From Eledone cirrhosa (taxonomy: Eukaryota), in NCBI GenBank assembly GCA_964016885.1, contig CAXHJY010001571.1, positions 62,001 through 126,000 of the forward strand: a stretch of 64,000 nt of DNA. The letters run 5' to 3'. The notes under the pieces were generated by a model. The model was not told where the DNA came from. It worked only from the letters and a program-made list of their open reading frames with translations, and searched no databases. Shown piece by piece: positions 60,592 through 64,000 of this stretch. Numbering within the stretch: the first letter of the stretch is position 1; each line of letters starts with the position of its first letter. Both the position numbers and the translations under genes were made by a program.

Positions 60592-63500
60592 AGGTGGTAG
60601 TGGTAATGATGTAGGTGGTAGTGGTAATGTTGTCTCGATGGTGGAGTTTATGGTGTAGGTGGTAGTGGTAATGATGTAGGTGGTAGTGGTAATGATGTTG
60701 CTGGTAGTGGTAATGATGTTGGTGGTAGTGGTAATGTTGTTGGTGGTAGTGGTAATGATCTTGGCTGTAGTGGTAATGTTGTTGGAGGTAGTGGTAATGT
60801 TGTTGGTGGTAGTGGTAATGTTGTTGGTGGTAGTGGTAATTATGTCGGTGGTAGTGGTAATGTTTTTGGTGGTAGTGGCAATGTTGTTGGTGGTAGTGGT
60901 ATTGTTGTTGGTGGTAGTGGTAATGTTGTTGGTGGTAGTGGTAATGTTGTTGGTGGTAGTGGTATTGTTCTTGGTGGTAGTGGTAATATGTTGGTGGTAG
61001 TGGTAATGTTGTTGGTGGTATTGGTAATGTTGTTGGTGGTAGTGCTAATGATGTAGGTGGTAGTGGTAATGTTGTTGGTGGTAGTGGTAATGTTGTTGGT
61101 GGTAGTGGTAATGTTGTTGGTGGTAGTGGTAATTATGTTGGTGGTAGTGGTAATGTTGTTGGTGGTAGTGGCAATGTTGTTGGTGGTAGTGGTATTGTTG
61201 TTGGTGGTAGTGGTAATGTTGTTGGTGGTAGTGGTAATGTTGTTGGAGGTAGTGGTAATGTTGTTGGTGGTAGTGGTAATGTTGTTGGTGGTAGTGGTAA
61301 TGTTGTTGGTGGTAGTGGTAATGTTGTTGGAGGCAGTGGTAATGTTGTTGGTGGTAGTGGTAATGTTGTTGGTGGTAGTGGTAATGTTGTTGGTGGTAGT
61401 GGTAATGTTGTTGGTGGTAGTGGTAATGTTGTTGGTGGTAGTGGTAATGTTGTTGGTGGTAGTGGTAATGTTGTTGGTGGTAGTGGTAATGATGTTGGTG
61501 GTAGTGGTAATGTTGTTGGTGGTAGTGGTAATGTTGTTGGTGGTATTGGTAATGATGTTGGTGGTAGTGGTAATGTTGTTGGTGGTAGTGGTAATTATGT
61601 TGGTGGTAGTGGTAATGTTGTTGGTGGTAGTGGTAATGTTGTTGTTGGTAGTGGTAATTATGTTGGTGGTAGTGGTAATGTTGTTGGTGGTAGTGGTAAT
61701 GTTGTTGGTGGTAGTGGTAATGTTGTTTGTGGTATTGGTAATGTTGTCGGTGGTATTGGCAATGTTGTTGGTGGTAGTGGTAATGTTGTTTGTGGTAGTG
61801 GTATTGTTCTTGGTGGTAGTGGTAATATGTTGGTGGTAGTGGCAATGTTGTTGGTGGTAGTGGTATTGTTCTTGGTGGTAGTGGTAATGATGTTGGTGGT
61901 AGTGGTAATGTTGTTGGTGGTAGTGGTAATGTTGTAGGTGGTAGTGGTAATGTTGTTGGTGGTAGTGGTAATGTTGTTGGTGGTAGTGGTAATGTTGTTG
62001 GTGGTAGTGGTAATGTTGTTGGTGGTAGTGGTAATGTTGTTGGTGGTAGTGGTAATGTTGTTGGTGGTAGTGGTAATGTTGTTGGTGGTAGTGGTAATTA
62101 TGTTGGTGGTAGTGGTAATGTTGTTGGTGGTAGTGGTAATGTTGTTGGTGGTAGTGGTAATGTTGTTGGTGGTAGTGGTAATTATGTTGGTGGTAGTGGT
62201 AATGTTGTTGGTGGTAGTGGTAATGTTGTTGGTGGTAGTGGTAATGTTGTTTGTGGTATTGGTAATGTTGTCGGTGGTATTGGCAATGTTGTTGGTGGTA
62301 GTGGTAATGTTGTTTGTGGTAGTGGTATTGTTCTTGGTGGTAGTGGTAATATGTTGGTGGTAGTGGCAATGTTGTTGGTGGTAGTGGTATTGTTCTTGGT
62401 GGTAGTGGTAATGATGTTGGTGGTAGTGGTAATGTTGTTGGTGGTAGTGGTAATGTTGTAGGTGGAAGTGGTAATGTTGTTGGTGGTAGTGGTAATGTTG
62501 TTGGTGGTAGTGGTAATGTTGTTGGTGGTAGTGGTAATGTTGTTGGTAGTAGTGGTAATGTTGTTGGTGGTAGTGGTAATGTTGTTGGTGGTAGTGGTAA
62601 TGTTGTAGGTGGTAGTGGTAATGTTGTTGGTGGTAGTGGTAATGTTGTTGGTGGTAGTGGTAATGTTGTTGGTGGTATTGGTAATGTTGTTGGTGGTAGT
62701 GGTAATGTTGTTGGTGGTAGTGGTAATGTTGTTGGTAGTAGTGGTAATGTTGTTGGTGGTAGTGGTAATGTTGTTGGTGGTAGTGGTAATGTTGTTGGTG
62801 GGAGTAGTAATGTTGTTGGTGGTAGTGGTAATGTTGTTGGTGGTATTGGTAATGTTGTTGGTGGTAGTGGTAATGTTGTTGGTGGTAGTGGTAATGTTGT
62901 TGGTGGTATTGGTAATGTTGTTGGTGGTAGTGGTAATGGTGTTGGTGGTAGTGGTAATGTTGTTGGTGGTATTGGTAATGTTGTTGTTGGTAGTGGTAAT
63001 GTTGTTGGTGGTAGTGGTATTGTTCTTGGTGGTAGTGGTAATGTTGTTGGTGGTAGTGGTAATGTTGTTGGTGGTAGTGGTAATGTTGTTGGTGGTAGTG
63101 GTATTGATGCAGGTGGTAGTGGTAATGTTGTTGGTAGTAGTGGTAATGTTGTTGGTGGTAGTGGTAATGTTGTTGGTGGTAGTGGCAATGTTGTTGGTGG
63201 TAGTGGTAATGTTGTTGGTGGTAATGGTAATGTTGTTGGTGGTAGTGGTAATGTTGTTGGTGGTAGTGGCAATGTTGTTGGTGGTAGTGGTAATGTTGTT
63301 GGTGGTAGTGGTAATGATGTAGGTGGTAGTGGTAATGTTGTTGGTGGTAGTGGTAATGTTGTTGGTGGTAGTGGTAATGTTGTTGGTGGTAGTGGTAATG
63401 ATGTAGGTGGTAGTGGTAATGTTGTTGGTGGTAGTGGTAATGATGTAGGTGGTAGTGGTAATGTTGTTGGTGGTAGTGGTAATGATGTAGGTGGTAGTGG

Positions 63501-64000
63501 TAATGTTGTTGGTGGTAGTGGTAATGTTGTTGGTGGTAGTGGCAATGTTGTTGGTGGTAGTGGTAATGTTGTTGGTAGTAGTGGTAATGTTGTTTGTGGT
63601 AGTGGTAATGATGTAGGTGGTAGTGGTAATGTTGTTGGTGGTAGTGGTAATGTTGTTGGTGGTAGTGGTAATGTTGTTGGTGGTAGTGGTAATGTTGTTG
63701 GTGGTAGTGGTAATGTTGTTGGTGGTAGTGGTAATGTTGTTGGTGGTAGTGGTAATGTTGTTGGTGGTAGTGGTAATGTTGTTGGTGGTAGTGGTAATGT
63801 TGTTGGTGGTAGTGGTAATGTTGTTGGTGGTAGTGGTATTGATGTAGGTGGTAGTGGTAATGTTGTTGGTGGTAGTGGTATTGTTGTTGGTGGTAGTGGT
63901 AATGTTGTTGGTGGTAGTGGTAATGTTGTTGGTAGTAGTGGTAATGTTGTAGGTGGAAGTGGTAATGTTGTAGGTGGTAGTGGTAATGTTGTTGGTGGTA
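60592..64000. repeat. 21-bp minisatellite (GGTGGTAGTGGTAATGTTGTT)n running off the window end
   Basis: Directly visible, >3.4 kb. Confidence 0.97.

Noticed and set aside
60840-63545. 901-aa Pro/Thr-rich mucin-like ORF
   Set aside because: Translation of a 21-bp minisatellite; frame drifts among PPTTLPL, HQQHYHY and TNNITTT; no flanking coding sequence

Overview
Eukaryotic (animal, most likely cephalopod/mollusc-like; inferred from repeat content only) AT-rich non-genic DNA. No host protein-coding exon could be supported. The window is a mosaic of (TA)n/(CA)n microsatellites colonised by retroelements: one Neptune-type Penelope-like element (PLE) with an open RT+GIY-YIG frame, four families of Naiad-type PLEs (YRDD RT; CxC-CP-C...GIY-YIG), a 5'-truncated CR1-like LINE, degraded RTE, CRE-like and R4/Dong-like LINE ends, tRNA-derived SINEs, a non-autonomous Helitron and a 21-bp minisatellite. 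The main signal is an RNA-based system read directly from the sequence: more than 30 type I hammerhead ribozyme (HHR) motifs (18 in two 310-bp tandem arrays, the rest from about ten unrelated sequence families), almost all in (TA)n-embedded inserts built as head-to-head fold-back palindromes from about 0.14 kb to 8 kb. Junction geometry (2-4 nt microhomology, more-than-unit-length copies, and in one case mirror duplication of the flanking microsatellite) suggests reverse transcription of circular/concatemeric HHR RNAs followed by self-primed fold-back synthesis. Most ORF-track entries are microsatellite artefacts.
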